Shown here piece by piece: positions 9,935 through 18,671 of a DNA stretch of 64,000 nucleotides. The stretch is from an uncultured Spirochaetota bacterium (GTDB lineage Bacteria; Spirochaetota; Brevinematia; Brevinematales; JAOACQ01). The notes under the pieces were generated by a model. That model did no database searches. It was not told where the DNA came from and was given only the letters and a program-made list of their open reading frames with translations. The stretch covers positions 128,001 to 192,000 of the forward strand of contig CAWAOD010000018.1 of NCBI GenBank assembly GCA_963783575.1, written 5' to 3'. A program made the translations under genes and the position numbers. Each line of letters starts with the position of its first letter. The stretch's first letter is position 1.

Positions 9935-11782
9935 ATGGCCAGAGCAAGAAAAAAAGATAATAAAATTCCCCTTATTATAATAGCAATATCAATAATTGCA
10001 TTAATTTCAGCAGGAATTATTACTTATAATGTGTTATCAAAGAATATAATAAGTAAAAATGATATAGAGAAATATTTGTCGCTGGCAAAAGAATATGAAC
10101 AGAATGAATCTTATGATAGAGCTTTAGATTATTTAGATAAAGCATATATTGAAAATTCCAAAGATAAACGTATAGAAGATATGAGAAAAAATATTCTTGA
10201 TCTTCAGAAAAGGAAAGAAGAACAGGATAAAATCAATCAAAAACCTATCATTAATATTAATACTGATAATGGTTCTAAAATGAGTAAAAATAAATTAAAT
10301 CAGCAAAATGAAATGAATCAAATTGATCTAACTAAAAAAGAAGAAAATCCGAAAATGGAGAAACCGAAAATTGAACAGCAACAATCTACTGTAACATTAA
10401 GTAAACCCGATCAGGTGAAAAAATATATCGATAATGGAAAAAAATTCCTATCAAGCGGATATGATAAAGATGCTCTTAATGAATTCAACAAAGCAGAAAA
10501 ATTGGATAATACAAATCCGGATGTTAATGCAAATCAAGGACTTGCTTATTATAAATTAAATGATACAAAAAATGCTATAGATAAAAGCCATGAAGCATTG
10601 AAAGAAGATCCGAACAATGGGCTCGCACGTTATACTCTTGGCAAATTACTATATGATAAAAAAATGAATGATGAGGCACTTGATGAATTAAAGAATTCGG
10701 TAAGCGGTGATTACGATAATGCCGATTCTCATTATACTATGGGAATCATATATTTGATAAAGAAAAATTATAAAGACGCCAAACAGGAATTTGAAAAATG
10801 CATTCAATTGGAACCGCAGAACTCCAAAGCATCATATAACCTCGGATTATCATATTTTGGAATGAATGATAAAAACAATGCTTTAAGAAGTTTTCAGGAC
10901 ACCGTAAAAAAGGACCCAACAAATGCAAAAGCGCTTTTTAATATAGGAACTATCTATTCCGATAATCAAGTATACGATAAAGCGGAAAAATTCTTTGAGA
11001 AATGTGTTGAAATCGATTCCTCAAATGATAGAACATATGTCAAATTGGGAGCAGTTTATGAAGAAACCGGAAAAACAAAAGAAGCTCTTAATGCTTATAA
11101 AACAGCTTATTCGCTCAACAAGGATAATTATGCAGCGTCTTTTAATTATGCAAGGATGTTGGCAAAAAATAATAATAATGCAGAAGCAGTAAAATATTAC
11201 AAGGAATCAATTGCTATAAACAATAATTTTTATGACGCTTATTTTAATCTCGGTAATAGCTACCTTGAAATGAATAAATATAGTGAAGCAGAAGAAGCTT
11301 TCAGTAAAGCAATTCAGATTAATAAAAATGATGCTGATGCATTCAACAGTCTTGGATATTTATATCTGAAACAGGATAATTATGATAAAGCATTAAAATA
11401 TTTTAAAAATGCGATTGACCTTAACCCCAATTCCGAAACACCATATAAAGGAATGGGAGATGCATATGTTAAAAGTGAAATATTCGATGATGCAGTCAAC
11501 GCATATAAAAAGGCATTGAATATCAACCCAACAGATATTAAAACTATGACTGCACTTGGAGATATTTATTATAAAATTAAAGATTATACAAATGCTGCAA
11601 ATCAATATGAAAAATCAAGAAAGCTTGATGGAAATGATCCAGATGTTTTTCTAGACCTGGGCGAATGCTATATTAAATTAAATCAGCCTGAAGATGCCAA
11701 ATCTGTTTTAAAAGAATTAAAGAAAAAATTTCCTGACTATAATAATATGTCAAGAGTTGATAATTATTTGTCTCAATTATAA
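9935..11782 (+). CDS. Membrane-anchored multi-TPR protein
   Basis: N-terminal TM helix and many tandem TPRs (AYFNLGNSY, AFNSLGYLY). ATG at 9935 preferred over TTG at 9929. Confidence 0.88.
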   Translation: MARARKKDNKIPLIIIAISIIALISAGIITYNVLSKNIISKNDIEKYLSLAKEYEQNESYDRALDYLDKAYIENSKDKRIEDMRKNILDLQKRKEEQDKINQKPIININTDNGSKMSKNKLNQQNEMNQIDLTKKEENPKMEKPKIEQQQSTVTLSKPDQVKKYIDNGKKFLSSGYDKDALNEFNKAEKLDNTNPDVNANQGLAYYKLNDTKNAIDKSHEALKEDPNNGLARYTLGKLLYDKKMNDEALDELKNSVSGDYDNADSHYTMGIIYLIKKNYKDAKQEFEKCIQLEPQNSKASYNLGLSYFGMNDKNNALRSFQDTVKKDPTNAKALFNIGTIYSDNQVYDKAEKFFEKCVEIDSSNDRTYVKLGAVYEETGKTKEALNAYKTAYSLNKDNYAASFNYARMLAKNNNNAEAVKYYKESIAINNNFYDAYFNLGNSYLEMNKYSEAEEAFSKAIQINKNDADAFNSLGYLYLKQDNYDKALKYFKNAIDLNPNSETPYKGMGDAYVKSEIFDDAVNAYKKALNINPTDIKTMTALGDIYYKIKDYTNAANQYEKSRKLDGNDPDVFLDLGECYIKLNQPEDAKSVLKELKKKFPDYNNMSRVDNYLSQL

Positions 11783-12016
11783 AATTATTGACTCTATTTT
11801 CTGGTTTTGTAAAATAATGTCTATTATTAACCAATAATATATTTATTTTGAACAATTACTAAGTTATTATATTTCTATATTCTTGAAGTGTTAATAATGA
11901 TTGAATATAAAACGCGTCATATTTTAGATATTTTAATATAATGGCGATAATTAAATCTCTATTATTATATTTTGTAAAGGCAATTTTGTCCGTAGCACTA
12001 AACCCGGGAGCAACCG

Positions 12017-13378
12017 ATGACTGAAATTTTAATAATGGCCGGTTTGATAATTGGAGTAGTATTTCTTGGAGTTTTGTATTTAATGCAAAACTTAATCGGC
12101 CCGCACAAATTGGATTCCATAAAAGCATTGCTTGAATCCGGGAAATATGAACAAGCTATAGCATCTCTAAATGCCATAATGAAGAAAGATGATAAAAATC
12201 CTCTAGCTCATCTCTATCTTGCTGAGGCATATTATTTTAACAATAACTTTGAGATGGCAATGGTAGAATATAAACAGGTTATGTCTTCCGGAAGATTCTC
12301 AAACACAGCCACTGAAAAAGTAATTCGTAAACGTCTGGCAGAAATTTATTTGAAATTCGGACAGCTTGAAGAAGCTCAAAAGGAGTTTGTTGTTTTGTCC
12401 AAACTTGAAGCACATAATTCGGAATATCTTTATCAGATCGGGAATCTGTTTTATCAAAGGGGTATGCGTGAGCAGGCTTTAGCTTATCTAGATAAATCTT
12501 TCAAATCCGGAAAAAGCAGCGCCGAACTTTTCTTCCTGATGGGAAAAATCTACTACGAAATGACCAGAACTAATGAAGCCTTGGCAGCATTTACAAGCTG
12601 TGTAAAACTTGAACCTAAAAATTATGAAGCTCATTATTATATCGGTCTCATTCTTAAAGCAATGAACAGCTATGGTAAGGCTGTTCAGGAATTGGAAGTA
12701 GCCGAGCAAACAAAAGATAACACATTGAGAGTTAAGTCCATTTTCCAGAAAGGTCTTTGTAAACTGGAGGTTGGCGAACTGGATGGTGCAAAATCAGATT
12801 TTGAAAGAGCCTTAAAATATTCTACTGAAGAAAACAATACAACAATAGCCATTCATTATACTCTTGGATTAACATATGAAAGGGAAAGAAGGCTTGTTGA
12901 AGCAGTTGAGCAGTGGGAAAAAGTAGCACAGATGAGGCCGAATTTTCAGGATGTTCAAACAAAACTTACTGAATATGAAGATTTGCGCATTGATGATAAA
13001 CTGAAGGATCTTTTAACATCAACTCCAACAACTTTTGAAATAATCAGCCAGAATCTTCTAAAAACTCTTGGGTATGAAACACTCGAAAGTAATATGCTTG
13101 ATGATGATAATCTTGAAGTAGTAGGTATGGAAAGATCCGTTAAATGGAGAAATGTTAGAGGCGGTAAGGTTCTAGTAAGGATATCAAGGGATAATGAGGA
13201 TGTAAATGAAGATCAGGTGGCAAAATTGGTGGAAAATTTAAAACTTAATCATGGTATTCGTGCAATATATATATCGACAGGAAAATTTACCCCTCAGGCA
13301 GTACGGTATTCTGAAAACCGTCCGGTTGATTTATACGACAGGCAAAGGCTTACTACCGTCTTTAAACAAAAAGTTTAG
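12017..13378 (+). CDS. Membrane-anchored TPR protein with C-terminal Mrr-like (restriction endonuclease fold) domain
   Basis: N-terminal TM helix, TPRs, then TPTTFEIISQNLLKTLGY...AIYISTGKFTPQA...VDLYDRQRL, the Mrr_cat pattern. Confidence 0.8.
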   Translation: MTEILIMAGLIIGVVFLGVLYLMQNLIGPHKLDSIKALLESGKYEQAIASLNAIMKKDDKNPLAHLYLAEAYYFNNNFEMAMVEYKQVMSSGRFSNTATEKVIRKRLAEIYLKFGQLEEAQKEFVVLSKLEAHNSEYLYQIGNLFYQRGMREQALAYLDKSFKSGKSSAELFFLMGKIYYEMTRTNEALAAFTSCVKLEPKNYEAHYYIGLILKAMNSYGKAVQELEVAEQTKDNTLRVKSIFQKGLCKLEVGELDGAKSDFERALKYSTEENNTTIAIHYTLGLTYERERRLVEAVEQWEKVAQMRPNFQDVQTKLTEYEDLRIDDKLKDLLTSTPTTFEIISQNLLKTLGYETLESNMLDDDNLEVVGMERSVKWRNVRGGKVLVRISRDNEDVNEDQVAKLVENLKLNHGIRAIYISTGKFTPQAVRYSENRPVDLYDRQRLTTVFKQKV

Positions 13379-13389
13379 GCCCCACAATT

Positions 13390-13563
13390 ATGAAATTAGC
13401 AACCAGAATTATAATAATTACTTTTACCGTCCTCATGGCATTTTTCTTGTTTTATCAATATCAGGTTGGAAATCCCTTTTTCGATGAAATCAATCCTATT
13501 TATTCAATTCTTTGCTATCTTTTTCTTGGAATAACTGCTATTGTAGCAATAGTTAAAAAATAA
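13390..13563 (+). CDS. Small two-TM membrane protein (57 aa)
   Basis: MKLATRIIIITFTVLMAFFLFYQYQVGNPFFDEINPIYSILCYLFLGITAIVAIVKK. Starts 11 bp after the previous stop and is below the ORF-track length cutoff. Confidence 0.6.
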   Translation: MKLATRIIIITFTVLMAFFLFYQYQVGNPFFDEINPIYSILCYLFLGITAIVAIVKK

Positions 13564-13591
13564 TATGAAAATAATAGAAATTGTCAATTAT

Positions 13592-15487
13592 TTACTTAAC
13601 CTTTTCTTTCAAAAGGTCATTATCGGGATTTATTTTCAAACCAATTGAATAATATTGAAAAGCTTCATCTTGATTACCCATTTTTTCATAAATCATACCA
13701 ATATGGTAATATATCTCATCAAAACCAATCTGTGCTTGTTCTTTACTGATAAGATTGATAACCTTACCGAATATTTCAAAAGACCCGGTAAAATCACCTT
13801 TTTGAAATAATATCCAGCCCATTGTATCCATATAAGAATAGTTCTCGGGATTAGCAATAAGTGCTAATTTAACGAGACGTAGAGCTTCGTCAAGATTGAT
13901 TCCTTCTAAAGAGTACAGGTATGCGAGAAGATTGTTTATCTCTGGATTTTCTTTATCGTAATTCCTTGCGGTTTCAAGATAAGAGATTGCTTTTTTTCGG
14001 TTCTTCATTTCATAATAAGAAGTTGCTAAAAAATAGTATAATCTTGAATCTGTATTTTCTGATCTTAAAGCCTTTTCAAAATCATTAATAGCATTAACAA
14101 AATTTTTAATTTCCATATTCATCAATCCGGAATAGAAATAAACCTGATATAAATCCTGATCTGTTTTAGCCTCCTTTTTTGCTTCGGTAATTGTAAAATC
14201 AGAATTTGTTTTATCATTAATCTTATAATACATATATGATAATCTTACCATAGCGGAAACACTAAATTTGTTACTGGAGGGATTATGGATATATTTGTTA
14301 TAGTAATAAATAGCATTAGTGAAATCGTTTTTATCATCATATAGCGAACCGACAAGCCAATAAATATCAGGAATTGAATTTGTATTTTCCTCAACTTTTT
14401 TATAATATTCAATGGCAATGTCGAATTGTTCCACCTCTTTTGCGTAATTACCGATTAGAAACTCCTGCTGTACAGTATGGGTATTATCCTTTAAAGCTGT
14501 ATAATCAAGATAGTAAATATAAAGAGAATAATAATCGGCAATCTTTCTGTCTGATATATATTTATCCAATTGCTTAACCGAATTTGAATAATCACCCTTC
14601 TGATAAAATAAAATGGATTTTACAAAAGGCGATCCCCCCTGATAGTTAGATACAACCTGATTAAGCTCCTGATTTGTAGTAATAAACATAAGACCGGCAT
14701 ATGCATTTATCATTTCGTCGCTTCTGAACATTTCTGGTATTTGTTTGAAATTTGCAATGGCTTTATTATAATCGAGGATTTCATAATATGTAAAAGCCAG
14801 ATTCTTTATTAAATCATAATCTGATGGATTTATTTCTTTAGCCTTTTCCATATATTGAGCTGCTAACCGGAAATTTTGAAAATTCATATAAATCATACCT
14901 ATATAATAATATGAATTAAAAATTGCCATCATATCAAATTCTTTATCGCTTTTTGGATTTGCTATAACATTTTGCAAATATGGCATTGATTTTTCATAAT
15001 TTTTATTTATAAAATAATAAACTCCTGTAAAATAATTACCGAAAATATCATCTTTATCTAATGATAAAATTCTCTGAAGACTATTGTAGAATTCATCATA
15101 TTCACCCAGAGACCTGACAAAATCAGTGTACCTGTATAAAATTTTCAAATCATCCGGATAGAGTCTTAAAGCATCTCCGGCATATTTTTTTGCTTCAATC
15201 ATAATATCATTCATTTTTTTTGAATCTGTTTTTTCAAGAAACTGAGCTTGAGAAATTTTTAACAGATAATCATCAAACAAAGAATAATATATATATTTAT
15301 CCGTATATTTATTCGTGATAAGTAATTGAAGTTTCTGTATCGATTGATCGACATATCCTTCAGAAGTAAGGGCAAGAGCATCTGAATAGATTTCCTCAGC
15401 CTGAGTTTCAGTAATTTGATTTTCATCCTGTGCAAAATTGCTGCAGAAAAAAAATAAAACTATTAATAAAGATAAAATAAATTTCAT
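13592..15487 (-). CDS. Exported TPR protein
   Basis: Signal peptide, TPRs and the C-terminal NLLAY...YMDTMGWI pattern typical of periplasmic TPR proteins. Confidence 0.85.
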   Translation of the reverse strand: MKFILSLLIVLFFFCSNFAQDENQITETQAEEIYSDALALTSEGYVDQSIQKLQLLITNKYTDKYIYYSLFDDYLLKISQAQFLEKTDSKKMNDIMIEAKKYAGDALRLYPDDLKILYRYTDFVRSLGEYDEFYNSLQRILSLDKDDIFGNYFTGVYYFINKNYEKSMPYLQNVIANPKSDKEFDMMAIFNSYYYIGMIYMNFQNFRLAAQYMEKAKEINPSDYDLIKNLAFTYYEILDYNKAIANFKQIPEMFRSDEMINAYAGLMFITTNQELNQVVSNYQGGSPFVKSILFYQKGDYSNSVKQLDKYISDRKIADYYSLYIYYLDYTALKDNTHTVQQEFLIGNYAKEVEQFDIAIEYYKKVEENTNSIPDIYWLVGSLYDDKNDFTNAIYYYNKYIHNPSSNKFSVSAMVRLSYMYYKINDKTNSDFTITEAKKEAKTDQDLYQVYFYSGLMNMEIKNFVNAINDFEKALRSENTDSRLYYFLATSYYEMKNRKKAISYLETARNYDKENPEINNLLAYLYSLEGINLDEALRLVKLALIANPENYSYMDTMGWILFQKGDFTGSFEIFGKVINLISKEQAQIGFDEIYYHIGMIYEKMGNQDEAFQYYSIGLKINPDNDLLKEKVK

Positions 15488-15490
15488 ATC

Positions 15491-16126
15491 TTAACTCCCA
15501 AAATGAAAAAGAGACAAAAAGAAATTTGCAACTAAGTTATAAATCGGATTATAAATATATCGAATCCAGCCGGTAACCATTAATATTACTAATATTACAA
15601 GAAATGTTGTTTCGTTTGTCCTTATTAGCCTGGCAAATTTTATCGGAAGGATTGAAGTAAAAAAATTATAGCCATCCAGTGGAGGAAGCGGTATAATATT
15701 AAAAACCACAAGCATTATATTTATAGAAGCAACTGTTAGTATGGCTTCAATTTTTGTTATTGAAAAAAGAAAAAACATAAGAGCGGTTAGAAAAAAATTA
15801 ATAGTAATTCCAGCTAGTGATACAAATATCATACCGGTTTTCATGTTTTTAAAGTTATATGGGTTGATCGGTACAGGCTTTGCCCATCCGAACATCGGAA
15901 GATGCATTATCAAACAAGCTACCGGTAAAATAATCGTACCAACCAAGTCAATATGGTTAACCGGATTTAAAGATAACCTGCCGGCTCTTCTAGCTGTATC
16001 ATCACCAAATAAATATGCGACATAACCATGCCCTATTTCATGCAATATGATGCTATAAAAAAAACCTATTATTATTATTAGAATACCAATTATAAAAGTT
16101 ATAATATTTGGAGTGTCAAGTTGCAT
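15491..16126 (-). CDS. Site-2 protease family (M50) membrane metalloprotease
   Basis: HEIGH zinc motif, LSLNP, GWAKPVP, FNIIPLPPLDG. Confidence 0.93.
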   Translation of the reverse strand: MQLDTPNIITFIIGILIIIIGFFYSIILHEIGHGYVAYLFGDDTARRAGRLSLNPVNHIDLVGTIILPVACLIMHLPMFGWAKPVPINPYNFKNMKTGMIFVSLAGITINFFLTALMFFLFSITKIEAILTVASINIMLVVFNIIPLPPLDGYNFFTSILPIKFARLIRTNETTFLVILVILMVTGWIRYIYNPIYNLVANFFLSLFHFGS

Positions 16127-16247
16127 TTATCAAACCCCGATTATTTCTTAAATAAACAATAACGGTCTATATATAAATAATATCATATAATGACATTTTA
16201 ATCAATTCACAGTGAATGCCTTACTTTGGGTAAATTCACATAATATG

Positions 16248-16330
16248 TTCCCCTCGTAGTTCTATAAAATTAATAAGTAGTGGACTCGGGGAAAGGTCAT
16301 CGAGTTTACCGCACAGCACTACGAGATGAC
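16248..16330. repeat. Inverted pair of tandem-GA hairpin repeats
   Basis: Minus strand 16248-16293 reads TTCCCC-GA-GT...AC-GA-GGGGAA. Plus strand 16296-16330 reads GTCATC-GA-GT...AC-GA-GATGAC. Both contain ACTACGAG. Confidence 0.65.
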
Positions 16331-16332
16331 AA

Positions 16333-17088
16333 TTACTTCCCGATAAATTCAAGAACCCCGTTGATAAAAGTCAGAGGATGAGGAGGACAGCCAGGGACAT
16401 AAAGATCAACAATGGATTTTGTTTTAAAAAAACTCCTGTTAATTGCCGGTGAATTTTCAAAAATTCCACCGCTGATGGCGCAGCTTCCAACAGCTATTAC
16501 AATTTTAGAATCGGGAATCCCGCTATATGTGTCTTCCAGGGCAGCAGCCATATTTTCAGACAATGGTCCCGTTATTACTATCCCATCCGCATGCCTGGGC
16601 GAAGCGACAAAATCAATCCCAAAACGTCCCATATCGAAATTTACATTGGAACATGCATTGAGTTCCATTTCACAGCCATTACATCCTCCTGCAGAAACCT
16701 GACGCAGTTTAAGCGATCTGCCAAATATTTTTATTATCTCTTCACGGGTTGCAACAGCTCCGGTTTGATAATTATTTTTATTAATGTTGCTATTTATAAA
16801 CAAATGTTCTCTGGTAGTACAAGCTGTTTTGTAAAAATTAGAAAATTTTATACAACCTTTTGAACAATTCCTTTCACAATCACCACAGTAAATACATTTT
16901 CCAAGATCTATCATTAATGGCTTTATCGAAATGGCATTTGTCGGGCAAATATTACTGCATTCGATGCAATCCGAACAATTTTCCCCGATTTCCGGGAAGC
17001 CCCGGTATTTCACATTAACAACTGCCTTCTTTAAATCAGGAATCGATTGATAACCCTGATTTACCTTTACTTTCAATATACCAAACAT
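16333..17088 (-). CDS. Ehr/hydrogenase-4-like small subunit (2x[4Fe-4S] ferredoxin fused to a NuoB/HycG domain)
   Basis: CSDCIECSNICP and CIYCGDCERNC, then GGCNGCEMEL, SPRHAD, GSCA and PGCPPHP. ATG at 17088 or GTG at 17097. Confidence 0.9.
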   Translation of the reverse strand: MFGILKVKVNQGYQSIPDLKKAVVNVKYRGFPEIGENCSDCIECSNICPTNAISIKPLMIDLGKCIYCGDCERNCSKGCIKFSNFYKTACTTREHLFINSNINKNNYQTGAVATREEIIKIFGRSLKLRQVSAGGCNGCEMELNACSNVNFDMGRFGIDFVASPRHADGIVITGPLSENMAAALEDTYSGIPDSKIVIAVGSCAISGGIFENSPAINRSFFKTKSIVDLYVPGCPPHPLTFINGVLEFIGK

Positions 17089-17224
17089 ATTATACACCTG
17101 CCCCTTCGACGATTCGAATCATTCGAGATTTAAAGTCATTTGACAAAAATAACAGAACTTTATATTATAATGGATTTTTATACTTTAAAAAAGTATTTAA
17201 AATTTTAAATTTTTAGGATTATTC

Positions 17225-17905
17225 ATGAATGCAATATTTTTCGATATTGACGGAACATTGTTAAATAGTCACGGTTTGGGAAGGCATGCTTTTGAACAAG
17301 CTCTCCGGATTTGCTCCGGAATAAACTCGGAAATGTCTCAGGTAGATTGGCTTGGAAGGACGGATACTGATATTATTTCATTAATTCTTTGTAACGAAGG
17401 TTTTGATACTAAGGAAATATCAGATTTCCTGCCCGGGTTCTTTAAAGTTTTTGTCAGACTATTTAAAGAATTCACTGTAAATAACCGGGAATTATTTGAA
17501 ATTTTACCCGGTGTTATAGAGATTTTGTCCGCACTTAAGGATAAGCCAATAGGCTTATTAACCGGCAATGTTATGGAAGCTGCATATATGAAACTACAGG
17601 CAGCCGGTATTGATGGGTTTTTCCCATACGGTATCGGTGGATTTGGAGATGAGGCACGGGATAGGCGAAAACTCATCCCATTAGCCCTGATAAAAATGAA
17701 GAAATATTATTCAATTGAGAATTTCGATAAGGTTATTATGATCGGAGATTCTCACCGGGATATAGATTGTGCAAAAGCAAATTCGGCGGTTTCATTGGCC
17801 GTTGCTACAGGTAAATTGAGTATTGAGGAACTAAGAAATTATCATCCGGATTTTATTTTTGAAAATTTATTGCAGATCAATGAAATATTGAAAATTTTAC
17901 AATGA
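17225..17905 (+). CDS. HAD-superfamily phosphatase
   Basis: FFDIDGTL motif I, LLTGN, IGDS..DI. Confidence 0.9.
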   Translation: MNAIFFDIDGTLLNSHGLGRHAFEQALRICSGINSEMSQVDWLGRTDTDIISLILCNEGFDTKEISDFLPGFFKVFVRLFKEFTVNNRELFEILPGVIEILSALKDKPIGLLTGNVMEAAYMKLQAAGIDGFFPYGIGGFGDEARDRRKLIPLALIKMKKYYSIENFDKVIMIGDSHRDIDCAKANSAVSLAVATGKLSIEELRNYHPDFIFENLLQINEILKILQ

Positions 17906-17920
17906 TGATTGTTTTAATAA

Positions 17921-17971
17921 TTAGGACAATTCCGGACATTAATTGAAATTTTCAGTCATTCAAGTTAAAAT
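17921..17971 (+). promoter_or_regulatory. Sigma70-type promoter with upstream 10-bp-period direct repeat
   Basis: TTGAAA(17943)-N17-TAAAAT(17966), preceded by TTAGGACAAT/TCCGGACATT. Confidence 0.55.
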
Positions 17972-17993
17972 AATAGTGGAATTGGTAATAATT

Positions 17994-18668
17994 ATGGATA
18001 TGAAGATAAAAGACATCATTGATTTGCTTCAGGTTTCGGAAAAAACAATATATCGATGGATTAATGAGCACAAAATTCCCGCATACAAAATAAATCATCA
18101 ATACAGGTTCAATAAAGCAGAGATCAATGAGTGGATTTTGAAAAACAAAATAAATGTTTCCGATAAAATCCTTGACTTGAAATTAACTGGAAAACCGGTT
18201 TCATTAGTTAATCTTATAAAAAAGGGCGGAATTCATTATCAAATTGAAGGTGATAATGTTGCAGGAATTATTAGTAATGCAGTTAATTCAATCTCTACAC
18301 CTCCAGAAATCACAAAAAAAGCAGTAATTACCTCACTCCTGGAAAGGGAAGAAATGATGCCTACAGCCATCGGTAAGAGCATCGCCATTCCCCATCCGAG
18401 AAACCCTATTATTACGGATGTTGAAAATGAAAGCGTTTCAATTTGTTTTTTACATAATAGGATTGACTACCATTCCATAGACGGGGAACCTGTCCAGACT
18501 CTTTTTATAGTATTGAGCGCAAATCCAAGGCGACATCTTGAAATTCTTTCAAAAATATCCTACCTGTGCCAACTTGAAGAATTTGTCAAAATTATTAAAT
18601 CCGGGGCAGAGAAGAACATCATTTTAAATTATATAGAACAAAAAGAAAATGAGTGGAGTAAAAAATAA
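17994..18668 (+). CDS. Excisionase-type HTH fused to a PTS EIIA (Fru/Ntr-type) domain
   Basis: LLQVSEKTIYRWI...IPAYKI..QYRF (HTH_17-like), followed by LEREE..PTAIG..IAIPHPR carrying the phospho-His. ATG at 17994 or 18000, since the TTG at 17943 is the -35 box. Confidence 0.88.
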   Translation: MDMKIKDIIDLLQVSEKTIYRWINEHKIPAYKINHQYRFNKAEINEWILKNKINVSDKILDLKLTGKPVSLVNLIKKGGIHYQIEGDNVAGIISNAVNSISTPPEITKKAVITSLLEREEMMPTAIGKSIAIPHPRNPIITDVENESVSICFLHNRIDYHSIDGEPVQTLFIVLSANPRRHLEILSKISYLCQLEEFVKIIKSGAEKNIILNYIEQKENEWSKK

Positions 18669-18671
18669 AAA

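Noticed and set aside
12017..13378. Type IV restriction defence system
   Set aside because: The catalytic motif looks degenerate, the protein is a membrane-anchored TPR protein, and there are no defence neighbours.
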